Shown: positions 10,162 to 20,022, counted from the first letter of the stretch. The stretch is DNA of 64,000 nucleotides from an uncultured Gammaproteobacteria bacterium (GCA_964371245.1 CAYJKP010000001.1:379042-443041), one strand, 5' to 3'. The notes: a model not told the origin generated them from the letters alone. Made by a program: numbers and translations.

Positions 10162-10850
10162 AAAAGACGCTGGTCATTTCGTTAGGCGGTTCAATCATCG
10201 CGCCCAAGCCAGGCTTTATTGATATCGCTTTTATTCGAAAGTTTCGCCGGTTAGTACTCGGGTATATTCAGAGAGAGAGGCGCCAAGTCATCATCGTCAC
10301 GGGCGGCGGCAAGCTCAATAAGGAATACAATCGGGCGGTGAAAGAAATCGTCCGCCCGCAGCCGATCGATCTGGATCGACTTGGCATCGCGGCAACCAGA
10401 TTTCACGCCGAGTTTCTCCGGGTGATTTTTGGGAAACAGGCGTATCAAGAAGTGCTTCTTAATCCGACCAAACGAATCCATACGAATCGGCCGGTTATTT
10501 GTGCGGCGGGCTGGAAGCCGGGCTGCTCAACGGACAAAGACGCGGTGCTGCTGGCAAAAACCTATCGCAGCCGCTCCGTATTAAATCTGACGAACATCGA
10601 TTTTGTGTATACGAAAGACCCGACGCGGTTTGCGAAGGCGAAGAAAATTACCGACACAACCTGGTCAGTCTATAGAAATATTATTCCGAAAAAATGGTCG
10701 CCGCGGCTCAGCACGCCCTTTGATCCGGTGGCCTCCCGGCTGGCCCAGCAGGAGCGATTAACCGTGGTGATAATAAACGGCCGGAAAATACAGGAAATTA
10801 GCCGGTTTATGACCAATCGAACATTCCAGGGAACAATAATACATCCCTAA
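10158..10850 (+). CDS. pyrH: UMP kinase, archaeal-type
   Basis: ISLGGS, IVTGGG, D.LGIAATR, GWKPGCSTD, TNIDFVY.KDP, PFDPVAS. Confidence 0.88.
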   Translation: MKKTLVISLGGSIIAPKPGFIDIAFIRKFRRLVLGYIQRERRQVIIVTGGGKLNKEYNRAVKEIVRPQPIDLDRLGIAATRFHAEFLRVIFGKQAYQEVLLNPTKRIHTNRPVICAAGWKPGCSTDKDAVLLAKTYRSRSVLNLTNIDFVYTKDPTRFAKAKKITDTTWSVYRNIIPKKWSPRLSTPFDPVASRLAQQERLTVVIINGRKIQEISRFMTNRTFQGTIIHP

Positions 10851-10910
10851 TCCGTCGTTCTGCCTGGAGGTCGGGGATAAATCACAGGATGATATGAATC
10901 CGGCGAGGAT

Positions 10911-10938
10911 TTGACAGACGATATCCTTCTGGTATACT
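10911..10938 (+). promoter_or_regulatory. sigma70-like promoter of rplJL
   Basis: TTGACA-16nt-TATACT with TG extended -10. Confidence 0.75.
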
Positions 10939-10948
10939 GTGGATATTA

Positions 10949-11048
10949 CCGCAGACAGAGGGCCCCAGTACCCGAACGTACGTGAGTGGTGCTGGGTTAA
11001 TACACCAGCCTTCCGAGGTATAAATACATTTGTATTTTTTGTCTGCGG
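10949..11048 (+). ncRNA. Ribosomal protein L10 leader (cis-regulatory)
   Basis: Closing stem CCGCAGACA/TGTCTGCGG with AGACAGAGGG...TTAA...CCTTCCGAGG core, directly upstream of rplJ. Confidence 0.8.
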
Positions 11049-11076
11049 CCAGCAGATTTTTTTGTTAACAACCAAT

Positions 11077-11601
11077 ATGCCAAAAACACGTCAGAAAAAG
11101 GAACAAGACTCGAAACGCCTCGAAGAATTGTTACAAGGCAATAAACTTGCCGTTATTTCGACGTTTGAGGGTGTGAAAGTGAAAGATTCAAACGCCTTTC
11201 GGAAAGATCTCCGTGCCCAGCAGGCCGAGCTTTTGGTGACGAAAAAAACTATTCTGACGCGGGCCCTAAAAAACATACACTACGACGGTTTTGAGCCGGA
11301 AAAAGTGCAGGGGATGATGGGCATTGCCTTCAGTCAGGATGAAGTGACTGCCGCGAAACTGATAAAGACTTTTTCGAAAGATCGTAAGATTGTTTTTGTG
11401 GCTGGTTTTCTCGAGGGGAAATATTTGACCGCCCAGGAAATTGAAGCCTTAGCCGATCTTCCGTCGCGTGACATGCTCCTGGCTCGGACCGTTGGCGCCC
11501 TGAAATCACCGGTCAGCGGGTTTGTCCAGGTGTTACGCGGCACCTTGCAAGGCTTAGTGTACGCACTCAAGGGCATTGCTGATAAGAAGCCGGTTTCCTA
11601 A
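11077..11601 (+). CDS. rplJ: 50S ribosomal protein L10
   Basis: MPKTRQKKE start, VTKKTIL.RAL, LADLPSRDMLLA. Confidence 0.95.
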   Translation: MPKTRQKKEQDSKRLEELLQGNKLAVISTFEGVKVKDSNAFRKDLRAQQAELLVTKKTILTRALKNIHYDGFEPEKVQGMMGIAFSQDEVTAAKLIKTFSKDRKIVFVAGFLEGKYLTAQEIEALADLPSRDMLLARTVGALKSPVSGFVQVLRGTLQGLVYALKGIADKKPVS

Positions 11602-11640
11602 ACTTGTAATTTTGAATTAATAATTCTGAATTAAAACCCT

Positions 11641-12051
11641 ATGTCAGACGAACAAAAGAAAGAAGTCGAGGTTCCTGAAAAATTCAAGGATCTCATCGAA
11701 AAGATCGAGAAGATGAGCGTCCTGGAATTATCAGAACTCGTCAAAATCCTCGAGGATAAATTCGGCGTTTCGGCGGCCGCTCCAATGATGATGGCGGCTG
11801 GTCCAGCGGCTGGCGCGGCCGGTGCTGAGGCAGAAGAAAAGACTGCCTACAATGTTGAATTAACCTCGATCGGCTCAAACAAGATTGCCGTGATTAAGGT
11901 TGTCAAAGAATTGACTGGCGTCGGTTTGCAGGACGCGAAGAAGCTCGTCGAATCCGCTCCAACGATGGTGAAAGAAGACGTGGCCAAGGACCAAGCTGAG
12001 GAAATGAAGAAAAAGCTTGAGGAAGCCGGCGCGAGCGTGACGCTGAAATAA
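11641..12051 (+). CDS. rplL: 50S ribosomal protein L7/L12
   Basis: [42 protein letters not shown]. Confidence 0.98.
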   Translation: MSDEQKKEVEVPEKFKDLIEKIEKMSVLELSELVKILEDKFGVSAAAPMMMAAGPAAGAAGAEAEEKTAYNVELTSIGSNKIAVIKVVKELTGVGLQDAKKLVESAPTMVKEDVAKDQAEEMKKKLEEAGASVTLK

Positions 12052-12067
12052 CTCTATACATCGTCCA

Positions 12068-12106
12068 TATAAAAAACCTCCAGCAAGTGCTGGAAGTTTT
12101 TTTATA
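12068..12106. terminator. Bidirectional intrinsic terminator after rplL
   Basis: TATAAAAAACCTCCAGC-AAGT-GCTGGAAGTTTTTTTATA. Confidence 0.8.
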
Positions 12107-12113
12107 GAATTTC

Positions 12114-12166
12114 AACTAACGTTTACGTGTATGCAATGTTTCAATATCGTATACACGCCGTTAGCT
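12114..12166 (+). mobile_element. attC-like integron cassette recombination site
   Basis: AACTAAC...GTTAGCT ends enclosing an imperfect hairpin CGTGTATGC/GTATACACG. Confidence 0.5.
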
Positions 12167-12196
12167 GATGTACTTGTGCCGTGCGTTTGTACTCGT

Positions 12197-12475
12197 CTAT
12201 TCCTTAACCTCATTCAACCGGTTTTTCACTCTCCTCAAATTGATGGTCATTTGAAGAAAGAACTTGCCTTCAGGGGATAAGCGCGTCTCGTGTTCCCGCA
12301 AGAAGGATTGTATTTCTTCCTCGCTTTGATCGAGGTTGTTAGTGAGCCCGGTGAGTTCCGACAATTCCTTTTGCGGCAGCCTTTCAAGCGCTTCTTGCCA
12401 GGTTCGTTGTGCAACATCAACCTCGAGGAGTGTTTGTTCTCTTTTGGAGAGCTGAGGCGCGCGTTCTCTATTCAT
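12197..12475 (-). CDS. Hypothetical helical protein (putative cassette ORF)
   Basis: 92-aa ORF with ATG start, lying between two attC-like sites. Confidence 0.65.
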   Translation of the reverse strand: MNRERAPQLSKREQTLLEVDVAQRTWQEALERLPQKELSELTGLTNNLDQSEEEIQSFLREHETRLSPEGKFFLQMTINLRRVKNRLNEVKE

Positions 12476-12522
12476 GGTTATTAGAGTTTTTACGAATAAA
12501 TTAGAAATGGTACAAAAATTTC

Positions 12523-12599
12523 ACCTAACGTTTGCGAATCATGTGCTTGTCCCGACGCATCGAAGCGCGGGTCAAGATGGCAGATAGACGCTATTGTGC
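12523..12599 (+). mobile_element. Degenerate second attC-like site
   Basis: ACCTAACGTTTGCG start (18/20 identical to the start of the first site), internal hairpin, ATTGTGC in place of GTT end. Confidence 0.4.
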
Positions 12600-12614
12600 G
12601 AAATATAAAATTGG

Positions 12615-14909
12615 CTATTCCGTTAAGTCAATCTGAAAGACGATCGTGCCGTTCAAGAGGTATGCTTTCTTATCTTTCGGCACAATCACCATATCCTTCA
12701 GTTGGTCAAATGTATCGGCGGTATATTGGTTTTTTAAACGGCCTTGTTTCGTGTATGAAATCAAGCGCTTGTTCACGGGGTCGAGGATGTAGAAATACCC
12801 GGTATTTTCATCTGTCCACACCTTGGCAGGGCTGGTGAGCGCCGGCTCAATCGTTTGGAGTTTAAAAGTCGCATCGAGATTTCCCTGGAAGAACTTCGAC
12901 AAATCGCCCGTTGATCGAGTAATGTAGACCGAGCCGTCAACGACGATGGACGTACCGTCTGTGACCGAAACGTCTTTTCCGTTCAGCCAGCCTTTGCCGG
13001 CGCCGTATCCTTTTCCGGCCTTGGTATACCGGAAGATCTGATCGTTTTTTGTATCGAGAAAATATAACCGATCGCCATAGACAGCCATGCCAACAAGTTG
13101 GCGGTCCTGGTTTTCGTATTGGATCGGCGCGGCCGTGAAGGTGTTGGTATTCGAATCAAATTGTATCAATGAATCGTCGGCCAGGGCGACCAGGCCATAC
13201 CGAGCGGTTACACCGGTGGCCAGGTGGGCGAGCTTATCTGACGCGTCTTTGTATGTCAGGATGGCGGTTTCATTTGTATCAATGTTTGTTTTGTACACGA
13301 GGGTTTCCGTGGTTGAGAAGACGGTCAGGTCCTTGCCAAATAGCCCAACGAAACCACCGGCCGTGGCATTTGTTTGATCAGCCGCGAGGTCAGTCAGGCG
13401 TTTCGGATCAGCGATCGTGGTGATATGCTTCGTTTTCTCGTTCAATGCGTTGATTTTCGTCTCGAGCCCAGCGATTTCACTCTTATATTGTTTGGCGCGT
13501 AGTTTTTGAGGGATAGACGCGATCAGGTCTTGGGCTTGCTTCAGGAGATCGCGCGCAGAATCATCGTTTCCATAAAGCAGGGCGGCATCGGCTTCTTCCT
13601 GTTTCTTATTGGCGTCAGTAAGGGCTTGCTGGTAGGTGGCTTGCTGTTTTTTCTGGTCGTCACGCTGACTGAGATAGATGACGCTTTGGGCAAAGATGAA
13701 AATGAAGAGAACCGCCACCACGAGGACAATCTTCCGTTGTTTTGTTAAACGCTGAAACAGGATAATGCGTTTTGAGGCCGCGGTCGTGGCGTTGGCCGGA
13801 AAATGCTCTAACCGTTGCTTGAGATTTTTACGGCCGCTAATCGCGTTTATTAACCAGCCAAACATCCGTCCGAGGCCGCGGAAAAGAAACTGAAGACCAG
13901 TGAATATCCGGCCAAGAACAAAAACGGTGCGCGACGGATAGCGGCTGCTTCGAGGCGGTTTCCAGCGATCGCGGACCGGCGCGTAATATTGCGTCGTTTG
14001 ATGGGACGCCGTCTGATCGCCTCGTTGCTTCGATCGGAAAATATTTTTCAGCCAGGGCTGGAGGCGAGAAAAAAACGACTGAATATTTTTTTGGGCAATC
14101 GTCCAAATTGAAGGCGAGAGCAGCTCGTTCGTCTGGTGTTCGCGGTCGATCAACGTATTCATCGATGCCTGTGACAACGCGCCCCCGACAATCGGCTGGG
14201 CGGCGTGGCTTTCGGTCATCACCCCGACTGTTTCCGGCACGAGACGGATCAGGAGCGCCCCAAAACCATGGGCACCGGCATTCGGGGCCAGTAGATTCTC
14301 GAGGCTCAAGACGGCTTGCTGGGTCGAGGTTGACTGGATGACGGCGCGGATCCGTTCGAGCGACAGGTAGTCAAGAATGCTCGGCGTACAGATAATCAGG
14401 GAATCGTTTTCATAGAGCTGCCCTGAAATGGTTTGCGAAAATATTTTCAGGGGGTTAATGCGGCCATCCACGCCCTTGGCCGCTTCGAGAATATTGACAA
14501 TCCGCTGGCGGTGGACCAGAAAGGCGTGCAAATTGCCGACTTGGGTAAAAAATAAATCCGAGCCTTTGAGGACGCCAATAACGGCGTTGAAATCATCAAG
14601 CCATTCGGTTGAAGAATGTTCTAGGTAACCACTGAGCAGCTCGTTGAGTTTTTTCAGCATTGACTCAAAAGCCAGCTCAATATTAGACTCGAGCTGCTGG
14701 TAGTAGATTGAACGCCCCTCGGTTTCAAGTGATTCGACAATTTTTTTTACCTGTTCATCACCGGGCGAAACTCGAACCACCATAAATAACTGGCCGAGTG
14801 ATTGTAATTCTTGAGGGGTTGGGCGGGAGATAAGTAAAGAAATAATTTCCCGCTCAGATCGTGGATCATGCAGAAGGAATGGGCTAAATTCAATTTTTGT
14901 CGTTGGCAT
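12615..14909 (-). CDS. Large membrane-anchored protein: N-terminal PP2C/SpoIIE-like fold, TM helix, coiled coil, C-terminal beta-propeller-like region
   Basis: FTQVGNLHAFL..., GQLYENDSLIICTP resemble a degenerate PP2C fold; TM IVLVVAVLFIFIFA; YFLD.KNDQIFRY / YILDPVNKRL propeller blades. Confidence 0.6.
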   Translation of the reverse strand: MPTTKIEFSPFLLHDPRSEREIISLLISRPTPQELQSLGQLFMVVRVSPGDEQVKKIVESLETEGRSIYYQQLESNIELAFESMLKKLNELLSGYLEHSSTEWLDDFNAVIGVLKGSDLFFTQVGNLHAFLVHRQRIVNILEAAKGVDGRINPLKIFSQTISGQLYENDSLIICTPSILDYLSLERIRAVIQSTSTQQAVLSLENLLAPNAGAHGFGALLIRLVPETVGVMTESHAAQPIVGGALSQASMNTLIDREHQTNELLSPSIWTIAQKNIQSFFSRLQPWLKNIFRSKQRGDQTASHQTTQYYAPVRDRWKPPRSSRYPSRTVFVLGRIFTGLQFLFRGLGRMFGWLINAISGRKNLKQRLEHFPANATTAASKRIILFQRLTKQRKIVLVVAVLFIFIFAQSVIYLSQRDDQKKQQATYQQALTDANKKQEEADAALLYGNDDSARDLLKQAQDLIASIPQKLRAKQYKSEIAGLETKINALNEKTKHITTIADPKRLTDLAADQTNATAGGFVGLFGKDLTVFSTTETLVYKTNIDTNETAILTYKDASDKLAHLATGVTARYGLVALADDSLIQFDSNTNTFTAAPIQYENQDRQLVGMAVYGDRLYFLDTKNDQIFRYTKAGKGYGAGKGWLNGKDVSVTDGTSIVVDGSVYITRSTGDLSKFFQGNLDATFKLQTIEPALTSPAKVWTDENTGYFYILDPVNKRLISYTKQGRLKNQYTADTFDQLKDMVIVPKDKKAYLLNGTIVFQIDLTE

Positions 14910-15050
14910 ATGAAAATTGAAAGCTCTCAACATCTATATTTATACAATATATCGCCCTAAAACGCAAGTCGCAACCAACTCCTTTACACTAGCGTCGGCG
15001 GCGTTTATAATACTGATAGAGGAGCATTATTTCTAAAAAAAGGATCTGGC

Positions 15051-15623
15051 ATGCTTGAACAATTATTTGGTTCAGCTACACGAGTGAAACTGCTGCGTCT
15101 TTTTTATGCTAATCCAGAGCAATCATATTTCGTACGGGAGCTGACTCGGAAAATACGACAGCGGATCAACGGCGTCCGGCAAGAATTAAAGAATTTAGAA
15201 AATATTGGGATCGTCGAACAAGTCGATAGAAACAATAAAAAATATTATACTCTCCGAAAAGATTTTCCGTTGTTCCACGAACTCAAACTCCTCATGATCA
15301 AAGCGCAAATACTTTTGGAGAACGATTTTGCTCGGGCGGTCAAGGATATCGGCCAAGTAAAGTATCTTGCCTTAACCGGGCAGTTTATCGGTCGTAAGGA
15401 TATCGCCACCGACCTCCTCTTAATCGGAAAGGTTAATCGCGTTAAGTTCAATCGCTTGTTGAAAAAATTTCAAGAGTATTTTGACCACGACATAAACTAT
15501 ACCTTGATGACCATGAAGGAATACGAATATCGGCGCCAGTTAACCGATCGTTTTCTCTTTAACGTTTTGGAAAACAAAAAAATAATCGTGGTCGATCATT
15601 TACCAAAGCCGAAATCAAATTGA
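15051..15623 (+). CDS. ArsR-like winged-HTH protein with C-terminal nucleotidyltransferase-like domain
   Basis: LEQLFGS.TRVKLL, FVRELTR...INGVRQELKNLE, LTGQF.....TDLLLIG. Confidence 0.7.
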   Translation: MLEQLFGSATRVKLLRLFYANPEQSYFVRELTRKIRQRINGVRQELKNLENIGIVEQVDRNNKKYYTLRKDFPLFHELKLLMIKAQILLENDFARAVKDIGQVKYLALTGQFIGRKDIATDLLLIGKVNRVKFNRLLKKFQEYFDHDINYTLMTMKEYEYRRQLTDRFLFNVLENKKIIVVDHLPKPKSN

Positions 15624-15626
15624 TTT

Positions 15627-16805
15627 ATGGAACGTTTCGTTTCCTATCATAATCGACGCGGCCAGAAGCTGGTTGGCGTGTTTCATCAACCAGACAATTA
15701 TAAAACTCGGGCCGCCGTGTTGGTTTGCCACGGTTTTAACGATCGAAAAGAAAGAGATTACCTAAAGAATATTTGTGTCGAGGCTTCGCGACGCGGACTG
15801 GCCGCACTGCGCTTTGATTTTAGTGGACAGGGCAAATCGGATGGTCAATTCGATCAGATTACCTACACGCGTTATCTCCAAGACGTCTCGGCAAGTCTGG
15901 ACTTCTTGTCACGACAGGGGATAACACGCGTTGGTATCGTTGGACATAGCATGGGCGGGGCGCTGGCCGCCCTCACGGCGCGTCGAGATCGTCGCGTTGC
16001 CGCCTTAGTCGGCCTCGCACCAGTCGCCCGGATATATGAAACGCACACGCGTCGCTGGCGCGATCAATATAAGGCGGGTCAGGCGAAATATTTGTTTCTA
16101 CGCGATATCCGTAATCCAAAACTGATAATCAAAATCGGCCTGGGATTTTTACGCGACGCGAAGCGTCACGATCTGATCCGGGAAGCCCGACAGATTACTC
16201 AGCCCACATTATTAATTATCGGTAATAAAGATACGCGAGTTTTTAGCAAAGAAGTCCAAGCCTTATATCGGAAACTGGGTAGCGTTCAGAAGAAGTTTCT
16301 CCGGCTCGACGAGTGCGATCACGTATTCTCCGGACACGAGAAAGAGATTGCGTCATTAACGGTCGACTGGTTCGTTCGCTACTTATTCACGCGGTTATAT
16401 ATTGACACGTCCGAAATGAACGTTATTCGTTTAGCGTTGCTAAAAAATGGACGGATCATAACCTTTACGAAAAAAATAGCCTTTGATCAACGCGACACGC
16501 TTCTCAGGTTGATCTCAGGGTTTATCGCTAAACATAAAATAGGCGCACATCAGCTCGATGCGATAGTAGTGAATCGCGGGCCCGGACCATTTACCGCCCT
16601 GCGAGTAGGCATTACAGTTGCGAATACGCTTGGGCTTGCCGGTAACTTTCCAGTAATTGGAATTCGCACAGAAAAGGCGACACAGCAAACGGCCGAGATC
16701 GAAGCCATGCTTTTTTCCGAGCCGACGACGAATGATTTTGTTCGTCCCTGGTACGACAAGAAGCCAAATATAACAAAACCGAAACCGCGGCTGAAGCATT
16801 CATAG
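15627..16805 (+). CDS. Fusion of alpha/beta hydrolase and TsaB-like (t6A tRNA modification) domain
   Basis: HGF, RFDFSGQGKSDG, GHSMGG, G.KD, DH triad motifs; C-terminal LYIDTS...IVVNRGPGPFTALRVGITVANTL is TsaB-like. Confidence 0.8.
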   Translation: MERFVSYHNRRGQKLVGVFHQPDNYKTRAAVLVCHGFNDRKERDYLKNICVEASRRGLAALRFDFSGQGKSDGQFDQITYTRYLQDVSASLDFLSRQGITRVGIVGHSMGGALAALTARRDRRVAALVGLAPVARIYETHTRRWRDQYKAGQAKYLFLRDIRNPKLIIKIGLGFLRDAKRHDLIREARQITQPTLLIIGNKDTRVFSKEVQALYRKLGSVQKKFLRLDECDHVFSGHEKEIASLTVDWFVRYLFTRLYIDTSEMNVIRLALLKNGRIITFTKKIAFDQRDTLLRLISGFIAKHKIGAHQLDAIVVNRGPGPFTALRVGITVANTLGLAGNFPVIGIRTEKATQQTAEIEAMLFSEPTTNDFVRPWYDKKPNITKPKPRLKHS

Positions 16806-16891
16806 TCGGTTGGTAAAACGGAAAATAGAAAACCCGCTTGCCATAAGTTGCAAATAATTTTATAATTATCACCGAAAACAGAGAAACAACC

Positions 16892-17236
16892 ATGCGCGTT
16901 ATTATTTCTGGAAAAAATTTCTCGCTTACTCCCTCACTCAAAGAGTACACTGAGAAAAAAGTATTGAAGCTGATGAAGTTTTCGCCGTCAATTGAACAGG
17001 CGAGAATCGAACTTGATGTCGATCATAATCAGCGTTCCGGGAACATCAATCGCGTAGAAATTTGGCTATTATTACAAAAAAAGACGCTCCAAATCGGAAT
17101 AAAAGCAAACGATATGCGCGCGGCGATCGATCAAGCGATCGACAAACTGGAAATACAACTTGTGCGTTTGAAAGAAAAACGGCAAGCAAAAATCCGACGC
17201 GCGCCGCGCCTGACCGACGTTTTGCGGCGTGACTAA
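16892..17236 (+). CDS. raiA: Ribosome hibernation promoting factor (HPF/RaiA, short form)
   Basis: ISGKNFSLTPSLKEY.EKK, DMRAAIDQAIDKLE.QL. Confidence 0.9.
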   Translation: MRVIISGKNFSLTPSLKEYTEKKVLKLMKFSPSIEQARIELDVDHNQRSGNINRVEIWLLLQKKTLQIGIKANDMRAAIDQAIDKLEIQLVRLKEKRQAKIRRAPRLTDVLRRD

Positions 17237-17338
17237 CTTATCCACATATTCACTGTCTAATGCGCAACGGAAGGAACCTCCGATCCCTCAGCCGTTGCCA
17301 GACAAGGAGTCATCACCATCAATCAAGTCAAACCGGCG

Positions 17339-18841
17339 GTGAACGGTAGCAAGGCTTCTGAGAGAACAATCAAACCAGACCGGATCGAAAAACCGCCCGA
17401 GGTTATCCAACCTCAAACGAAGAATGGCAACGGCCTCATTGAGCTTGAGCAGCCGATGAATCTTCAATTGCTTAAGCGCCATAAAAAGTTTTGGCGGCTG
17501 GGCTCGAAAGATTACCATTCCGAATATTTTGATATCAACCGGGAAGGAAATTTGATCGTCAAAGAGGGCAACTATCAGTATCACATTAAAGATATTGTTC
17601 AAAAATTCGGGACCTCTTTGCAAATCCTTTTCCCGTTTATTATCAAAGACCGACTCGAAAACGTAATTGATCTCTTCAACCTCCTGATCAAGTATTACCG
17701 CTACCGGGGCAAGTTCTTCTACCATTTTCCCATGAAGGTGAATCAGAACAAGGAAGTTCTGCTCTCCATGGTGTCCGAGGGCGCGAATCTCGAAACGGCG
17801 TCGTATAACGAATTATGGTTGGTGAAAAAATTATGGGAGCAGAACAGCTTTCTGCCGAGCATCCGCGTGATCTGCAATGGACCAAAAACAGAGGATTACC
17901 TGAATTTGATCGAAGAACTTCAGGGCAAGAATCTGAACATTATTCCGGTCATTGAAGACATGAGTGAGCTCAATTTTTTTAGCAAGTACAAAGGTGATAT
18001 CGGCGTACGGGTTGATCTCGACGTCTCGGTCAGCTCGCACTGGGACAAGAAGATTGACCGCTACGGCCTACTGGCCGATGAGCTTATCAAGCTCGGAAAA
18101 ATCCGTAATTTAAAAATGCTCCATTATCACATTGGTTCGCAGATAGAATTACAGGAAGACATGATCGCCCCGGTGAAAAAGTGCATGAAACTGTTTGTCG
18201 AAATGAAAAAAAAGAATCCGTCGCTCGATACGCTGGATATCGGCGGCGGGATGCCGATACCGTATGACTTGAAGAAGAGGTTTGGTTTTGAGGGTGTGGC
18301 TCGGCGGATGATCAGATTGCTGCAATCGATGGCCGATAAAGCAGAAATTCCACACCCGAACATCGTCTGCGAATGGGGACGCTATGTGGTCGCGCCCGCT
18401 CAAATCACGATTTTCCGGGTGATGGGTGAAAAAGACATCCCGCGCGGTAATGCTCGCAAATGGCAAATCGTCGACGGCAGCTTTATGAACGATTTACCCG
18501 ATACGTGGACGCTGCATCAAAAATGGCACGTCGTGCCGGTTAATCACTTAAATTTTTCGAAACGGCACCTCGTGCGAGCCTGGCTGGCTGGCTCGAGTTG
18601 CGACTCGGACGACAAATACATTGCTCACGGCAACTACGTACTGCTGCCGGATCTCGAATATTTAGACGAGGGCGATACGCAATACATTGCTTTTCTTTGC
18701 ACCGGCGCCTATCAGGATTCGCTTTCCTGCAACCATTGCCTGCTGTCTTCACCAGCAAAAATCGTCGCTCGAAACGGCGAGTTGAAAATTAATATCCGGC
18801 GGCAGACGCCCGAAGACATTTCAAAACTTTTTGGCTGGTAA
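17339..18841 (+). CDS. PLP-dependent fold-III decarboxylase, arginine decarboxylase (SpeA)-like
   Basis: FPMKVNQ (PLP Lys), ICNGPK, LHYHIGSQI, LDIGGG, EWGRY, SCDSD, GAYQD; start may instead be the ATG at 17456. Confidence 0.8.
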   Translation: MNGSKASERTIKPDRIEKPPEVIQPQTKNGNGLIELEQPMNLQLLKRHKKFWRLGSKDYHSEYFDINREGNLIVKEGNYQYHIKDIVQKFGTSLQILFPFIIKDRLENVIDLFNLLIKYYRYRGKFFYHFPMKVNQNKEVLLSMVSEGANLETASYNELWLVKKLWEQNSFLPSIRVICNGPKTEDYLNLIEELQGKNLNIIPVIEDMSELNFFSKYKGDIGVRVDLDVSVSSHWDKKIDRYGLLADELIKLGKIRNLKMLHYHIGSQIELQEDMIAPVKKCMKLFVEMKKKNPSLDTLDIGGGMPIPYDLKKRFGFEGVARRMIRLLQSMADKAEIPHPNIVCEWGRYVVAPAQITIFRVMGEKDIPRGNARKWQIVDGSFMNDLPDTWTLHQKWHVVPVNHLNFSKRHLVRAWLAGSSCDSDDKYIAHGNYVLLPDLEYLDEGDTQYIAFLCTGAYQDSLSCNHCLLSSPAKIVARNGELKINIRRQTPEDISKLFGW

Positions 18842-19063
18842 TAAATACATGGTACGCTGCTCGTATTCGAAAGAAGGGGAGGGAAGCCGAGCCTTTGTTC
18901 GCATCAGCCCGAACCGGCTGAGTCGCTCAATCTGGAAAAGCTGCCTGATGCCGACGAACTTAGTCCGATTCCGAGTTTGAAGCGCCGAATTTTCTAGCGG
19001 CCAAACTCGCGTATCAATTAGCGATCAACATCCTTCGACAAAATAATCAATAAGAACAATCAC

Positions 19064-19603
19064 ATGTCTATAACCCAAGCACTTACACATCCAACAATTC
19101 GACTGACACCACTTCGTTGGGCGTTATTCAGCGCTACCTTTTCGGCGTTGGCCATTGTTACGCCGGTTATTGCCCATCAATTTCATCTGGCCGGGCCAAC
19201 ATTTTTACCGATGCACCTTTTTGTTTTTGTGGCCGCACTCCTTTTTGGTTGGCGGGTCGGGCTCACCGTCGGCGTACTATCACCGCTGCTCAGCCATGCG
19301 ATTACCGGCTTGCCCATCGCCAGTCTTTTGCCACTCGTGACGGCTGAGCTTATTGTCTATGGTGTAGTTGCCGGGTGGCTGAAGGAAAAAATGAACATGC
19401 CTGTCTGGCTTGCCTTGCTCGCCGCGATGGTGGCTGGTCGGCTCGCTCTCTTGCCAATGGCTGCAATCGTCGGTCCAATGACGCCAGTCGCCTATGTCGC
19501 TCAGGTAATTCGGATTGGCTGGCCGGGTATCGTCATCCAGATCGCCCTGATTCCTTGGATGATCTCGTTACTCCGGCCTTACCTACAGAGGAATCTGGAA
19601 TGA
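19064..19603 (+). CDS. ECF transporter S component
   Basis: GPTFLPMH.FV..AALLFG...G..VG.LSPLLS..ITG.P; 6 TM. Confidence 0.85.
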   Translation: MSITQALTHPTIRLTPLRWALFSATFSALAIVTPVIAHQFHLAGPTFLPMHLFVFVAALLFGWRVGLTVGVLSPLLSHAITGLPIASLLPLVTAELIVYGVVAGWLKEKMNMPVWLALLAAMVAGRLALLPMAAIVGPMTPVAYVAQVIRIGWPGIVIQIALIPWMISLLRPYLQRNLE

Positions 19604-20022
19604 CAAAAGCGAAATCAGCGCTGGAACAATTTAAGGCCGGACCGTGGTCCATCACGATTGTGAAGCGCGAACGCATTCTTTTTCGTTCCAACATGAGCGG
19701 GATCAGTCCGTTGCTGCAAGCGGTGCATCAACTGGGAAAAGAGCTTGACCGGGCTGATATTTATGATAAAGTCATTGGACGAGCGGCCGCCTTTCTGGTT
19801 GTTTCAACGGGTATCCGGCGGGTCTATACGCCGGTGATCAGCCAGCCAGCCTTGGAGATTTTGCGTCGTAACCACCGGCCGGTAAGCTATCTGAAACGGG
19901 TTGACCGGATTCTCGATCGTAATTTGCGAGATCTCTGTCCGATGGAAAAGCTGTCGCTCGATGCTGATACGCCGGAACAGTTTATTAGATTAGTTTCACG
20001 TGCCTATGGCCTTCCTGGCTAA
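19600..20022 (+). CDS. DUF1893 (TM1506-like) protein
   Basis: [27 protein letters not shown] motifs; ATG overlaps the stop of the S-component gene. Confidence 0.8.
   Translation: MTKAKSALEQFKAGPWSITIVKRERILFRSNMSGISPLLQAVHQLGKELDRADIYDKVIGRAAAFLVVSTGIRRVYTPVISQPALEILRRNHRPVSYLKRVDRILDRNLRDLCPMEKLSLDADTPEQFIRLVSRAYGLPG

Noticed and set aside
18845-19060. Possible riboswitch upstream of the ECF S component
   Set aside because: Two hairpins are present (TCAGCC/GGCTGA; CGAGTTTG/CAAACTCG) but no recognisable TPP, FMN, B12, THF or preQ1 consensus and no clear promoter.
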